This document shows positions 37,491-50,621 of a DNA stretch of 64,000 nt, one piece after another. Position 1 is the first letter of the stretch. Every line of letters starts with the position of its first letter. The notes beneath the pieces are model-generated. The model saw only the letters and a list, made by a program, of their open reading frames with translations. It had not been told where the DNA came from and did no database searches. The stretch is from Octopus vulgaris (lineage: Eukaryota), in NCBI GenBank assembly GCA_951406725.2, contig OX597817.1:68696001-68760000 (forward strand), in the 5' to 3' direction. A program made the position numbers and the translations under genes.

Positions 37491-38070
37491 GGCACATGTG
37501 TGGCTGTCTGGTAAGAAGCTTGCTCCTGAACCACATGGTTCTGGGTTCAGTCCTACTGCATGGCACCTTGGGCAAGTGTCTTCTACTATGGGCTCTGGCT
37601 ATATATATATACACGATAGACTTCTTTCTGTTTTCATCTACCGAATCCACTCACAAGGCTTTGGTCAGCCAGAGACCATAGTAGAAGACACTTGCCCAAG
37701 ATATGTGGTGATTTGCTGTACTTGAAAAGACACAGTCAAGTTTAGTAAAATTGCTGCCTTCCACACAATCAGGCTTGTTCTTTGTGTATGTGTGTATGTG
37801 TGTGTGTGGATATATCTATGCATGTGTCTTTATATCTGTTTGTTTCTCCCCTCCACCACCGCTTGACAACCAGTGTTGGTGTGTTTACTTCCCTGTCATT
37901 TAGCAGTTTGGCAAAAGAGAACAATAGAATAAGTACCAAGCTAAAAAACAAAACAAAACAATGAAGCACTGAGGTTTATGCATTCAACTAAAATTCTTGA
38001 AGGCAGTGCCCCAACATGGTCACAGCCTAATGATTGAAGCGTGTAAAAGGTAAAAGAGAAAAGATAAAAG
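37491..38070 (+). mobile_element. SINE family 1 with internal inverted duplication
   Basis: Head + 37491-37600, inverted segment 37613-37700, tail + 37800-38070. Confidence 0.8.
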
Positions 38071-39514
38071 GTACACTTATGTAACCACCTTTCTTTCTCA
38101 CTGTATTCATGTCTTTCTGTCTCTCTCCATTTACCTCTGCCTGTCTCTTCTTTTGCTTCTCTGTCTTTCTCATTATCTATCTATCTATCTATCTATCTTG
38201 TACCTTTCTCCACAGAGCAGTATAATACCACTATTGGACTCTGAACTGACAACAAACCCACCAAGCAAGAATTCTAACATCTCATGCCACACATTTAACT
38301 TTGGCCAATGCTACACTTCAATAAATCCACTAAAATTAATATGACATTTAAAAAGAAACAAAGCAACCCTAATAGACATTTAACAAACAACAAAAACAAA
38401 ATCATTAAGCAATGAATTACTGAAACAAAATAGAAATATGAGAATAGCAAAAAGAATAATTTATTATATAGAATAATTATTAATAACTTTCTAAACAAGC
38501 AGCAGGAAATGGTAATGAGAAAGATAAGGAAAATATTATGTGTGTTGAAAAACTTTGAAAACAGACCTTACCATTACTGTGAAGAATTATGAAAGAAGTC
38601 ACTTAATATTTTCATTCGTATAGTTATGACATAATTATGCAAAACAAGACTGTCAGGAGTAACATATTACTATTTAGTAATGAGACATAAAAGGAGAAAT
38701 ATATACTCATAATTACTCCAAAAGAATGAGATGGTAGAAACACAAGGAAAATTTAATCACCACATGCATACACATATATACTCACACATGAGTGTCAGTG
38801 TGTGTGTGTATACATATGTATATGTGTATGTGTGTATGTGTGAGTGTATATATATATATGTGTGTGTGTGTGTACATGTGTGTATATACAAGTGTGTGTG
38901 TTTATGTGTATTTATATACATGTGTGTGTGTATATATGTGAGTGTCAATGTGTGTGTCTGAGTGTGTGTGTGTGTGTAAAAGTGAGAGAAAGAAGATGAA
39001 ATTCACATGACTCTTTATTATTCACTATGATCACTTCGACCCATTGTGCACTGGTGACTTGCAGGTGAAATGCTGTAGAAATAGTTGTGGTGCATTGGCA
39101 TATAGCAAGCTGTATACCCAAACATAAAATTATTACTTATGTGTGTGTGTGTGCGCGTGCATACGCATATATTGCAAGTCTTTTTGAAATGTTTCTCTGG
39201 CACAAAATATTTCAGTTAGTGCTATTTCATGTTTGTACACACAGTATAAATGGTAGCACATACATATATATTATGTGTGTGTGTATCTTGACAAGAAGAG
39301 TGAGAAGGGAGAGAAAGAAACTCATGCTCCATATATCAAAACCAACAAAAAGATGACAGTCTACATGAGTTTTGCTTTGGCTGATTGTGATGCAGAGATT
39401 AATAAAGGGAGAGACTTGTACAGACTCATTTTGTCATTTTCATAAATATATCTTCCAAAAGGTATTGAATTCCATGTCAGTTAATGCTTACCTCATGTAA
39501 AACGTGTGTGTGTG

Positions 39515-39563
<49 letters not shown>

Positions 39564-39678
39564 CAACATGTTTTCCACATACATACGTTCACAAACTAAC
39601 ACATCTACCTTATCAGATGTTCACAATCAGACTCTTTATGAGCCAAACTATTATTATTATTATTATTATTATTATTTT

Positions 39679-39751
<73 letters not shown>

Positions 39752-39900
39752 TACATACTTGTATACATACATATATGGATTTGGTAGACAGAAACTGACA
39801 CAAGACAATCGTGTAAATATGTTGGTGTATGATTATATGTGTTTGTGTGCATGCATGTGAATGTGCACATGTGTGTGTATGTGCGTGTTGTGAGTGTGTA

Positions 39901-39933
<33 letters not shown>

Positions 39934-40659
39934 TTATATTTGTGCTTCTCCAAAAATTGCTCAGCTATAAATGGTGATAATGTCATTTCGCTTATCAATA
40001 AGTTGTTCATTGGTTTTTCACCACTGAAGATGTGTGAAACAAGTGACCCTAACACTTAAGGGTTTGCAATTGGACAGGCCTCTATCTACGAAACAATGCA
40101 TCATGAATATATTCATATAACCAATGCTAGCATGAAAAAAACTACTAAAGCTGTTGTTCACAAAATGATCCATACTGATCCTAAAAAGCAGGTGGCAAAG
40201 AATTTAAAACCCCGAGAGGAGTCATATTCTAAATTATATTATAGTGGTGTGGTGTTAAAAAACATAAAAGAGACGATGAGCAAAATTATATTACATTATT
40301 ATATTATTATCAATTCCAGTTTGGATGGCATACTATATATCTTGACTGACTACCTTCATCATCTATAAAAATTGCAATTATTTGTAAATTTGTGCATTTG
40401 AATATGAAAATTGGAGTTTCGGCTGAATAGAGAAATTCAGTTCTAGGCAATTGCTTCTTGTTAGGGCATTCTATTCAGACCAAATGGAAAAAATATTATT
40501 TTCCTAAATTCACCTAGAAAGCATTTCCAGACATACCTTTCCACAGTGAAGTTCAACAATAATGACAGTAATAGAAATGAAAATGTTCTTTGATGGCATT
40601 TCATCAAATATAAGCAAAGAGTGGACACAGTGGATAACTAGATTCTTAAATTACTTTAA

Positions 40660-42505
40660 AAATATGTTACTTAAAGAATAATTAAGCACTTATATAGAAA
40701 AAAAGGTGTTTATATAATACAATACAGTTGCAAAAGATGAACGTGTCATTTGAAAGCCCCTGTATTCTAGAAATATTTTAAAAGTTCAAACCAAAACCTG
40801 ACAGTTGTTTCATTGCTTTATTCAAGATACCACAGTTAATAATTAAATGTGGAAACTACACAGAATTGGAGAGACACTAACTACACCCTTCAGTTTCTGA
40901 TGTTCATATCATACTCCATAAAGTCAATATAGATATTTTGAAATTGGTTCTTCTCAGCAATAACACTGTATCTTGCTGGATTGATGAAACGGAGAAGAAT
41001 ATTGAAAATCTTTTGGGCATAGAACTGCAAAAGACTGTTTTTAGTATATAGTTTGATGAATCAACTGTACAAGACAAAGAGGTTTTATTGATGGCTTATG
41101 TTCATTTTGTTTAAAAAAAAAAGGAAAATCTATGAAGAAAAGCTTTTCTATAAATCATTGCAAACAGATACTAAGGGGACAAACAATTTTCTAAAGTATT
41201 AAATACTTACTTTGAAAATAACAATATCCCTTTTAGCAATATGATAGCATGTGCAAACTGTTGGTGCACTTTCTATGACAGGCTGCTAAGCTTATCAGGT
41301 GTCATATATAAAAGAAGAAAATATCTACTCTATTTGTAATTCACTATTAGTTCATTGTCAATATCTTGTTGTTTAAAAGGCTTAACGAGCTGCTGTCTTC
41401 AAGCTATGCTTTGGTAATTTTTGCTGTTAACAAAATCAAAGCTTAGTTCTTAAACACCACATTATTCTGTCACTTATATGAATGGAATATTGAAAATTTT
41501 GAAACACTACTTCTCAATGCTGAAGGTTGTTGGCTGTCAGAAGGTCTTATTTGAAAGGCTTCTTCCAGCTTTATGACATAATTATTGAATTTTTACTTAT
41601 AATCCAAATGACCAACTGGCAAAAGATAATAGCTATATTTATGGAGACGTAACTTATTTAGCTGCATTTGTGCCAAGTTGTACAGCCTGAATTCTCAAGT
41701 GTCAGAGAATAATTTTAATCTAATATATGAAAAAGAATACAGACAACAGCTTCATAATTAAAATTAAGTTGCACAAGAAAAAGTTTGGTAGAAGGAACTT
41801 TTGGCAGTTCACAGTTATTTATGGATGGTAATCGGAGGACTAACAATATGCGTCTTTGACAATCAAAGGATAAGTTTTCAGAAACAAGTTAACTTGATCA
41901 AACTAAGAATTTCTCACAAGGCAAAACCCCTCATTTATGTGCCAAACAGTAGTACATAAAATCAAATTAAGGGATATCATGAAGAAGTAATAATGACTTT
42001 TGAAAAAACCAAGATATGAGGAAAATATATAGTATGAAATTTCCTTTAGTGTGGAATGAAGCCAAACTATTACTGGTTTTCCATGATGCCTGGTGGGAAA
42101 ATACAATAATGCAAATTTTAAGCAAGAATAGCAGTTGTGCAGTGTGGAGAGTTAAGACTTCTTTTATCAAATTTGGAACCCAATATTGCAAAACTTACTG
42201 CTGGTCATCAACAACAAAGTTTACATCCATAAACCTGCTATAAGAATAATATAGCAGGTTTATGATTAATATAGGAGGTTTATATTATTCTATTTTAATC
42301 ATATTAATAAACAATGTCTACTATCTTGATTATTCTTATTTTAATGATATTATTACTAAATGCACCTTTGTAAGTAAACTAATAAATTAGTTTATGTTCA
42401 TTAATTGTAATTAGAGCTGCTACATAGAGGTAAAAGTTGGAAGTGGATGTAAGCATTAAAAACATTTTAGGCAGGTTTTTAGTAAAAAAAGTTTGGGAAA
42501 GTGTG
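40660..42505 (+). mobile_element. hAT (Buster/Charlie, ZBED8/SCAND3-like) transposase relic
   Basis: Frameshifted motifs IGETL, LSNNTVSCWIDE, FSI*FDESTV, LLMAYVHF, EEKLFYKSLQTDTKG, NNIPFSNMIACA, LLLNAEGCWLSEG and LRLLLSNLEPNIAKL; TIR-like AAAAGTTTGGGAA at the 3' end. Confidence 0.85.
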
Positions 42506-43744
42506 CAATACTAGCACCAAAGGACCAGATGGTTGTGTTAAAATGGGTGGTGGATTAGATCTATTATCCAGGAACATATCAATCTATACTATGATGTTTC
42601 AGTTGACCAAATTTTACCTAGAGAGTATGGGTCATTCTGAGGTTTTGCTTGGAATCACCAAACCAAGGTACTGTATAAGATTACACCTGGAAACATGATT
42701 GTGAATCAAACTTGTTAACCACATAGCCATACTTGTATTATGTACAAAATTTAAAATACAAAATTTCTTATTAACTTAACCATTTTTTTGGCATTTAAAA
42801 TATAATATTATTTAAATTCATTAACAAACTTTCTTTGCTTGTTAAATGTTGGGAAAAAAAATTATCCTCCCTAGACACAAATTGTAATTTGATGTAGTAC
42901 TTAAACTCTAAGTTTAGAAGCTACAGTTTGTGTTAAACCATCACAATGAATAAATGAGACAAATTAGGAATTTTATATTCATTAATTAATGTTGGCCAGG
43001 AAATAGTTACATTTATCATGCAAAAATATTTTAATCTGAATTTTAATATGGGATAATTTCCGGATTTTGATTAAAAAATTGATTATTTTTTGTCCAAATA
43101 TGTTTTTTAAATATTTAAAAATTTTTCATTATCAAATAATATAAATATGTAATAACTATTTCTTCAGAAATGAAGTGATTCTGCAGCAATATAAATACAG
43201 TATCTTCTTTAACTCTTTGTTTTATGTTTCTGGCCAAAATCTGAGAGTAAAAGCTGACCAACTTTTATGCGTGTTCAATAAATGAAGAATCTTCTTGTCA
43301 GTTTTGACAATGATGTCTGCTCATTAAATTACAGTGAAAGAGGATGAGGGTTCAACAGATTAATTGATATTAATCCTCTGGAATCAGAATCTGTATGATG
43401 GTGCATATAATAAACCCAACCTTTTAAACTGAGATTACAATCCATCTGATGGCCCCCACTCCTTTGTACAATTTTCAACCATTCAACTTTACTCACAAGG
43501 GCTGAAGATGAAGACACGAAGAGGACTGAATTCAGAACTTCATCATTGTGAAGTAGTTAACCATTGAGTCTAAAAGATCTAAAGTAACCTCAAGCGGAAC
43601 TGAGTCTGTAAATTAGAACAAGATGAAAATACTCCAGGGAACTATTATTTCTGCTGGAAATAAAGAGCTCGACTCCTGGAGAGAGAATTCCAGATTATCT
43701 GAATCTTGTATATAAAGTACAATACTGCATAGTAGAAGATGTAA

Positions 43745-44056
43745 GCCAATAATGTAGAGGATCTGTGAAGACTAGAAAGAAATGAAGCTAGCATACTTCA
43801 GGACATGGTGTAGTATCAGTGTACATAAATAACACAACACAAATGAACTGAGGGAAAAAACTGGATATGAAGGAAATGGAATGTAGTGTGCAAGAAAGGA
43901 GAGTACGCTGGCTGAGGCATATATGATAGCTATGGGGGATGTCAGCTGTATAAAGAAGTTCTGTTTGCTTAAAGTGAAAGGAGTCTGTGGAAGTGGAACA
44001 TCCTGGAAGAAATGAGATAAAGTGGCAAAGACCGATCTCAAATTACTGAAACTCAT
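43745..44056 (+). mobile_element. RTE-type LINE C-terminal fragment
   Basis: RLERNEASIL...NELREK...VQERRVRW...SCIKK...VKGVCGSG..WKK*DKVAKTDLKLL across frameshifts. Confidence 0.75.
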
Positions 44057-46002
44057 GTATCACCCTGACATGTATCACCCTCTCTTGCAATCAACAAACT
44101 CTTGCTATCCATCTCCCTTCTCTCAATCACTCTCTTGCTTTCATACACACACACAGTTATTCCATTGCTATTACTCATTTTTAACATATATCCCTCTGTC
44201 TCATTTCTCACATTCAATACTCTCTTTTCTATCACCTTATCATTTCTTCTCACTCCATCCTATTGCTGTTCCTTTTATTCCACTAATCCTCTTTCCAATG
44301 ACCAGCATAGTGTTGCCATCAACTGCTCTCTTCTATTCCTGTTCTCTCACTCCAATCACTGTCTTGTTCCCTTCATTTTCTCTCTTCCTTTACTTTCTTA
44401 AACTACTTTTTCTGTCATCATTCTTTCTCATTTTCCACTGTGTTTCTTTCTTTCCCCCTACTTCTCCCCCATCTCTCTCTCCCATTCACTTGCTCAGTCA
44501 GATTGCCCCAAACAAATGGAGACAATGTAGAATAGAGAGGGCTCACGCTTTGGTCTTATGTGGCACAAGACAACTTCACTAGTGTTGGTGCAATGATCAA
44601 GTGAAGTCAGTGTACTCTAAAGAGGCTGGCATGAGAAAGGGCATCCAGACATAGAAACCATACTAAAAATGGAATGTACATATAAGGCATGGTTTCTGAT
44701 CTGTCTAGGGAGGCTGTAACTGTAAGTAAAGAACTGACTTAGACTATAGTGATTCATTCTCTCAATACCAGCATGAAAAATGGATATAAAATGATGGTAA
44801 TAGCTAAAAACATCAATGTCAGCAATAAAAATGAAAACTGGTGCATTTGAACACATTCACAGATTCTTGTGATATTTTTTCAACAATGAGTTACACAGAT
44901 TTGTAAGAGAAATGTTATTCAAACCATTAGAAATATATTGAAACAGTGATTGGTGAATTGGAAACCTGTAACCAATTATGCTACTGTTCCCCTACTGTGA
45001 TGAAAGGTAAGAAACAGACAAAAAAAATGTGTAAAGTATAAATGAAAAATGTGTAAAGTATAGATGAACTATATCGAATAGAAAGAGAGATAGCAGAATC
45101 ATAGCTGGAATGTCTTTCATAATATATATGCTCAGTTAAAACCAAGCCTGGGGCTAACGATGACAACAATAATAGCAACAACATTAACAGCAACAACAAC
45201 TAAAGCTAACCACCCATTAATGAAGGCTGTCGATTACAAAGAGTAGCATAGGAAATTTCAAACATTTGATGTCTGATTTTAATTATTTCGCTTGCATGCA
45301 AAATAATTAGTTTTGCAACTTTGATTAATGATTAAAGCCAATTACTTACATAATGAATCACACACACACACACAATTCATAATGGACTCCAGGTCCTTGT
45401 TTCTATTTCAGAAACATACTTTAAATAACATTATATACATATCTTATTTTACACCCATCCTATTACCCTCATGGCACTTCTTTCATACACGCTTTTGTCA
45501 TTTGTTTCAAGACAAAAGACACAAATAATTTTAAATCCATGTTCAATAGATTTTACTAATATCTGACACTGTTCAATTGACAGGTGTTAAGAAGTTACTT
45601 TGGGTTAAGAAGTTCTTTGTTCTAAAATCAATATTGCACTGTATGTCGAATTGTATGTGCTTGTTGGTGTGTATGTTAAAATATAGGAAGTGTAAACAAG
45701 TTTTAATTTTTAGTACAGAAGCATGACTACAATACAGGTGTGTATGTATTTCATACATGATTGTGCATATGTATATTTGAGTATATGTAATAATACAAGT
45801 GTTGTAAAATGAAACAAAAATATAATTCCCATAACACAAACAGAGTCTGATATAGAACTCAGTACAGTGGGTAAAGCAGATACATACCTTACAGTGTACT
45901 CTGAGTTTTGCCCTTGACAACTGTTGTGATTAGTTGAATTCAAACACAGGATAGATTTATCATTTACTGACATATATATATGTATGTGTATGTATGTGTG
46001 TG

Positions 46003-46310
46003 AGGGCGTGGCTTAGTGGTTAGGGCATTTGGCTCATGATCGTAAGGTTGTGAGTTCGATTCCTGGCGACGCGTTGTGTCCTTGAGCAAGACACTTTATT
46101 TCACATTGCTCCAGTCCACTCTGCTGGCAAAAATGAGTAGTACCTGTATTTCAGAAAGAGCCAGCCTTGTCACATTCTGTGTCATGTTAAATCTCCCCGA
46201 GAACTACATTAAGAGTACATGTGTCTGTGGAATGCTCAACCACTTGCATGTTAATTTCATGAGCAAGCTGTTCCATTGATCATATCAGCTGGGACCCTCG
46301 TCGTCATAAC
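46003..46310 (+). mobile_element. tRNA-derived SINE family 3
   Basis: TGGCTTAGTGG A box, AGTTCGATTCC B box, CCTTGAGCAAGACACTT; further copies at 35910-36240 (+) and 59230-59455 (-). Confidence 0.85.
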
Positions 46311-46318
46311 AGATAAGA

Positions 46319-46406
46319 CTGCACCAGGCTCCAGTCTTATCTGGCAATGTTTCTAAGAGCATCCAGCTGTAGAAACATTGCCAGATAAGACTGGAGCCTG
46401 GTGCAG
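46319..46406. repeat. Perfect 37-bp inverted repeat with 14-nt spacer at the 5' junction of a (GAT)n-tailed retroposon
   Basis: 46319-46355 is the exact reverse complement of 46370-46406. Confidence 0.95.
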
Positions 46407-46586
46407 CCTTCTGGCTTCCCAGATCCCCCGGTCGAACCGTCCAACCCATGCTAGCATGGAGAACGGACGTTAAACGATGATGATGATGATGATGATATAT
46501 ATATATATATAAGGTAAGAAAATAGAGAGTTGAGGATGTATAGTTAATTTATTTGGATCATAATTTGAAGTCAAAATTTAAATACA

Positions 46587-47110
46587 AATAAATTTTTTAA
46601 AGTACAAAAGAAACTAAAAAAGAAACCTACATATGTTTTGAATTTGGCCCCTTCGTATTTCATAATTCGACGCATTTGGGTCAAATCCAAAGTTAAGAAT
46701 TGGTTATCATTTTAAACTGCTTGCGCAGAATCTCTTCATGTTATTTTTTTTTTTGTTTTTATAAAACGAAGGTTACATCTTTCATGAAGGGATTGAAGAA
46801 ACTCAAGAAAACCTACATATGTTTCGATTCTGGCTCCTTAGTAATTCGAAGCATTTGGTCAAATCCAATGTTAAGAATTGGTTATCATTTTAATCTGCAT
46901 GAATCCCTTCAAGAAAAATGTAACCATCATTTTGTTAAAAAAAAAAAGAAAGAAACCTGAAGAGATTCTGCCTCAAGCAGTTTAAATTGAGAACCAATTC
47001 TTAACATTGGATTTGATCCAAATGCTTCCAATTAGGAATTACTAAAAGGCCAGAATTGAAATACATGTAGAGGTTTTTGAGTTTCTTTTGTACTTTTTAG
47101 AAGTTTATTA
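46587..47110. mobile_element. Tandem plus inverted ~210-bp repeat array, family C (PLE pseudo-LTR-like)
   Basis: Minus-oriented copy 46587-46794, partial tandem copy 46795-46897, plus-oriented copy 46902-47110; abuts a PLE RT fragment. Confidence 0.8.
46951..47077 (+). ncRNA. Type-I hammerhead motif with 80-nt insert in helix II, family C
   Basis: AGAAAC CTGAAGA GATTCTG [46971-47050] CAGAATT GAAA TACATG TA GAGGTTT. The sister copy 46808-46833 gives CAGAATC GAAA CATATG TA GGTTTT (palindromic ACATATGT). Confidence 0.65.
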
Positions 47111-47470
47111 GGGCAGGTGTGGGGGTGAGAGCAGATGCATGGTCCATGGAAGTGCTCTGGCAAGGGCAATGTGGATAGTGGTGAGGAGATATCCACGTAG
47201 GACGGAGTGGTGAGCAATGAGTTGAGACTGAGTGTTAAAGTCATGGTTGTCACTGCAGAGCCTGCACAGATGGAGGAATTGGGAATAAGGGATGGAGAGC
47301 TTGGTGTATTTAGGGTGGGAGGAAGAGAAGTTGAGGTATGAGTGTGAGTCTGTATGTTTGTAGTGGATGGAGGTGGTGAGATTGGAGTGATGAATGCTGA
47401 CTGAAATATCGAGAAAGGCGATGGAAAGATTTGACAAAAGAGAGGAAGGAGTCTAGTTGTTTGTGGGTGA
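47108..47470 (-). mobile_element. Penelope-like reverse transcriptase fragment (RT7/thumb)
   Basis: IAFLDISVSI...LTTSIHYKHTDSHSYLNFSSSHPKYTKLSIPYSQFLHLCRLCSD...LRGY matches the PLE FLD...YRKPT...YL..S.HP...K.SIP.SQ.LR..R.CS...RGYP pattern. Confidence 0.88.
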
Positions 47471-47511
47471 AATATATACACACACGCACACACACATTTA
47501 TATATATGTAT

Positions 47512-47624
<113 letters not shown>

Positions 47625-48272
47625 CAGACGGACGGACGGACAGACAGACAGACAGACATATAGATAGATAGATAGATAGATAGATATAACAAAACAGGAA
47701 CATGAAAATATGTTAGCATTATTTATTCTCCATTACACTCGTTTCCTTTGCTAATTACAAATATTTACATGTTAGATAGACTTGTAAGGAATTTACTGTT
47801 ACAGATTCTTCAGACAGAAAAATTTCTAATAGGAAATTCCTTACATGCCTATCTAACATTGTAAATCTTTGTAATTCCTATTACTAAATGAAACATCTCT
47901 AACGGAGAATAAATAATACCAAAACATTTCCACTTGCCTGTTTTATCATACAATAACTTAGCACATAATATTTCCATGATTCCCAATTTTAATAGTATTT
48001 TGACTAACACACAGCAGCAACAGTGACAACATATTGGATTGTAATAATGGAATAAACAGATGTGCACCAGGAGAAAACAGCTGGGATTTACCTGAACTGT
48101 ATAATATTTATATATGTATAATCTTTACTTAACTGAAAATGGTTCAATCAAAACTGATTACTGTTACTTTCAAATATAGTGCACAATATAAAATACAAAT
48201 CTAGAGCTTCATGCTGTTTTTATATTAAAAGTTCATACTGTGATCATTTTCCCCCCTGGTTGTCTTTGAGTG

Positions 48273-48309
<37 letters not shown>

Positions 48310-48325
<16 letters not shown>

Positions 48326-48530
48326 TGCATATATATATACATATATGTACGTACCTACCTCTACATGTATATATACACGCATATATGAGTACAGGACACC
48401 AAAAAAACGTCGAACACAATGAGAAACGAAAACATAGACACAAACCCAAGGAACTGGACATTTTTTTAAACAACAAAAAAATGTTGTACAGGACAATTAA
48501 CACAAAGAAAAACCCCTTCTTCAGTCGACA
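48310..48530 (-). mobile_element. (TA)n-anchored repeat tail, possibly a further PLE tail family
   Basis: Bounded by (TA)n and (CA)n; CpGs retained; minus strand begins GTCGA CTGAAGA AGGGG, then a T-rich tail like family A. Confidence 0.4.
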
Positions 48531-50231
48531 CACACACACATATATATTTATATACACACAAACACACATATTCTGTGTAACATATTATATATATACATAA
48601 TATATATAATAATTATTTGAGGGAATATAAATCTAAACTTACAGGGAAAAAATTTCAATTTAGAAATACTAAATCAAATTTCACACAATATGATATATAT
48701 ATTTATTTTAATATTTATATTATATGTAATTTTCTAGATGGTGTAATTTAATTGTTCATTTTGAATTGATAAAAGGTGGTTGTTTTCTAATTTTATATAT
48801 ATATATATATATAAACACACATATTCTGTGTAAGTCAACACATATCAAATACAACTATTGTCTAGATGAAGATGCCCATTCTTAAAGAGCAAAAACAGTA
48901 GAGGGAGCCACCGGGAGAATTGCAGCTGTTCTCACCTACTCTTACCATCTGTCCTCACAAGCAAGGACACAATGGAAGACATGTAAGGAGTGTAATTCCA
49001 ACTGCTGCAACAAAGGTCCTATATCTGTGGTTCCAAATATTTACTATACACGAAAATAAATTATATATCTTCCCTGTTGAATTAGCAAATTATCACTTCT
49101 CATGCACATGCCTACCTTTCCACTTCTGTATTCTGCAACATTCTCCAACTCATGCATTATTGGTCATCCCCCAGTCTTTATCCATCACTCTTTACACCCA
49201 GCCTTCAACTCCACCCATCCTTCAACCCCACTTAATCCTTATAGTTATTACCAACTTTTTTCTTGCCCACCTGCCCCATCTCTTGCACCTTTATACACTC
49301 TCACATCCCCATCCACTTCTGTTCACACTCACTATTCACATCTACCCACCTTGCACCTTGAGAAACAACCTGGATATCTAATCACACCTTTACAGTTCCT
49401 GCTGATGGTTTTAACAAACACTTCTAAAATATGAGTAGCCATATAGCCCATCTACTGCAAGAACCTGCTCTGCCCCATCCTCTGTCTCTTATTTTAGCTC
49501 TTGTCTCCTAGCATAATGCTAACCCTCCCTCAGGGTACACCTGATGCCTGCTTCGCAAGAGTTTGTGGCATGAAAAAAAAGAAAAAAAGGACATAATACA
49601 AGCCATAAAACTGCTGGCATTAGGAAGGGCATCCAAACACAGAAATCATGGTAAGACAGACACGGGAGCTCAATGCAGTCTCTGCACCCACTGGACCCAT
49701 TGGTTCCTGTTTAAACCATTCCATCCATGCCAGCATTGAACAATGGACATTTAAATAATAATGTCAATGAGGATGGGGAGGATGAAGTGTGCACATAACT
49801 GGATTTGACTTACAGTCAAAATAGCTTTCCTTTCAGTGGCCCAGCATTGATTAAGGGCAACCAGAAACTGAATGACCCTCAGGCTATACTTCACAATATC
49901 CAACTTGAAGATAGATAATCTGAGAAAAACTAAGGAACATCACTCTCGAAGGAGTCTTACAACTTGCTCATTCATTATCTTCAGCTTTTCTATGTCCCGA
50001 CATGCGATTGTGAGATAATCATTGACACCTCTATCCTGGATTCTGCCCCTTTTCACTGACCTTGTTTTTGTTCCTACCAGATTTCTAGCATCTCTCTTCA
50101 ACTATTGGGTCAAGTGCTGTTTTAGTCACTGATTTAGGACAAACAGTCAATCCAAGCAGGTACCAGGTTATTACTGGATTACATGTTACCACTAGTACTC
50201 ATACCAACCTGGCATTATATATTATGTATAC

Positions 50232-50263
<32 letters not shown>

Positions 50264-50583
50264 TTATGAATTGGTGTTGCAGGACTCCTGATGAAAAATC
50301 GTGTGTTGAAACATATTGTTGTATTTCGGGATAGTCACATTTTTTTTTACCATTCCTATATATATATACATATATATATATAAGATAGATAGATAGATAA
50401 ATAGATAGATAGGCAGGCATACAGACATACAGACAGATAGATAGTAGCTGTTAATAACACTTATAATGAAAGGAAGAGAATAATGAGAGCAATTACCTAA
50501 TAATTCTTCAAGATTGAAATAGAACAGGTGTATATGCGTGAGTATATGAATGTGTGCAGAAACGTAAATATGTGCTAGTTAGC

Positions 50584-50621
<38 letters not shown>

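Noticed and set aside
40660-42230. Domesticated ZBED8/SCAND3-like host gene
   Set aside because: Numerous stops and frameshifts plus a TIR-like end indicate a dead transposon.
44022-44582. 186-aa hydrophobic ORF
   Set aside because: Pyrimidine-rich low-complexity DNA between repeat fragments; no domain motifs.
50288-50316. CTGATGA...GAAAC hammerhead-like string
   Set aside because: Homologous positions at about 32398 and 59891 read CTGCTGT and CTGATGT, helix II is only 2-3 bp and there is no helix I; likely chance.
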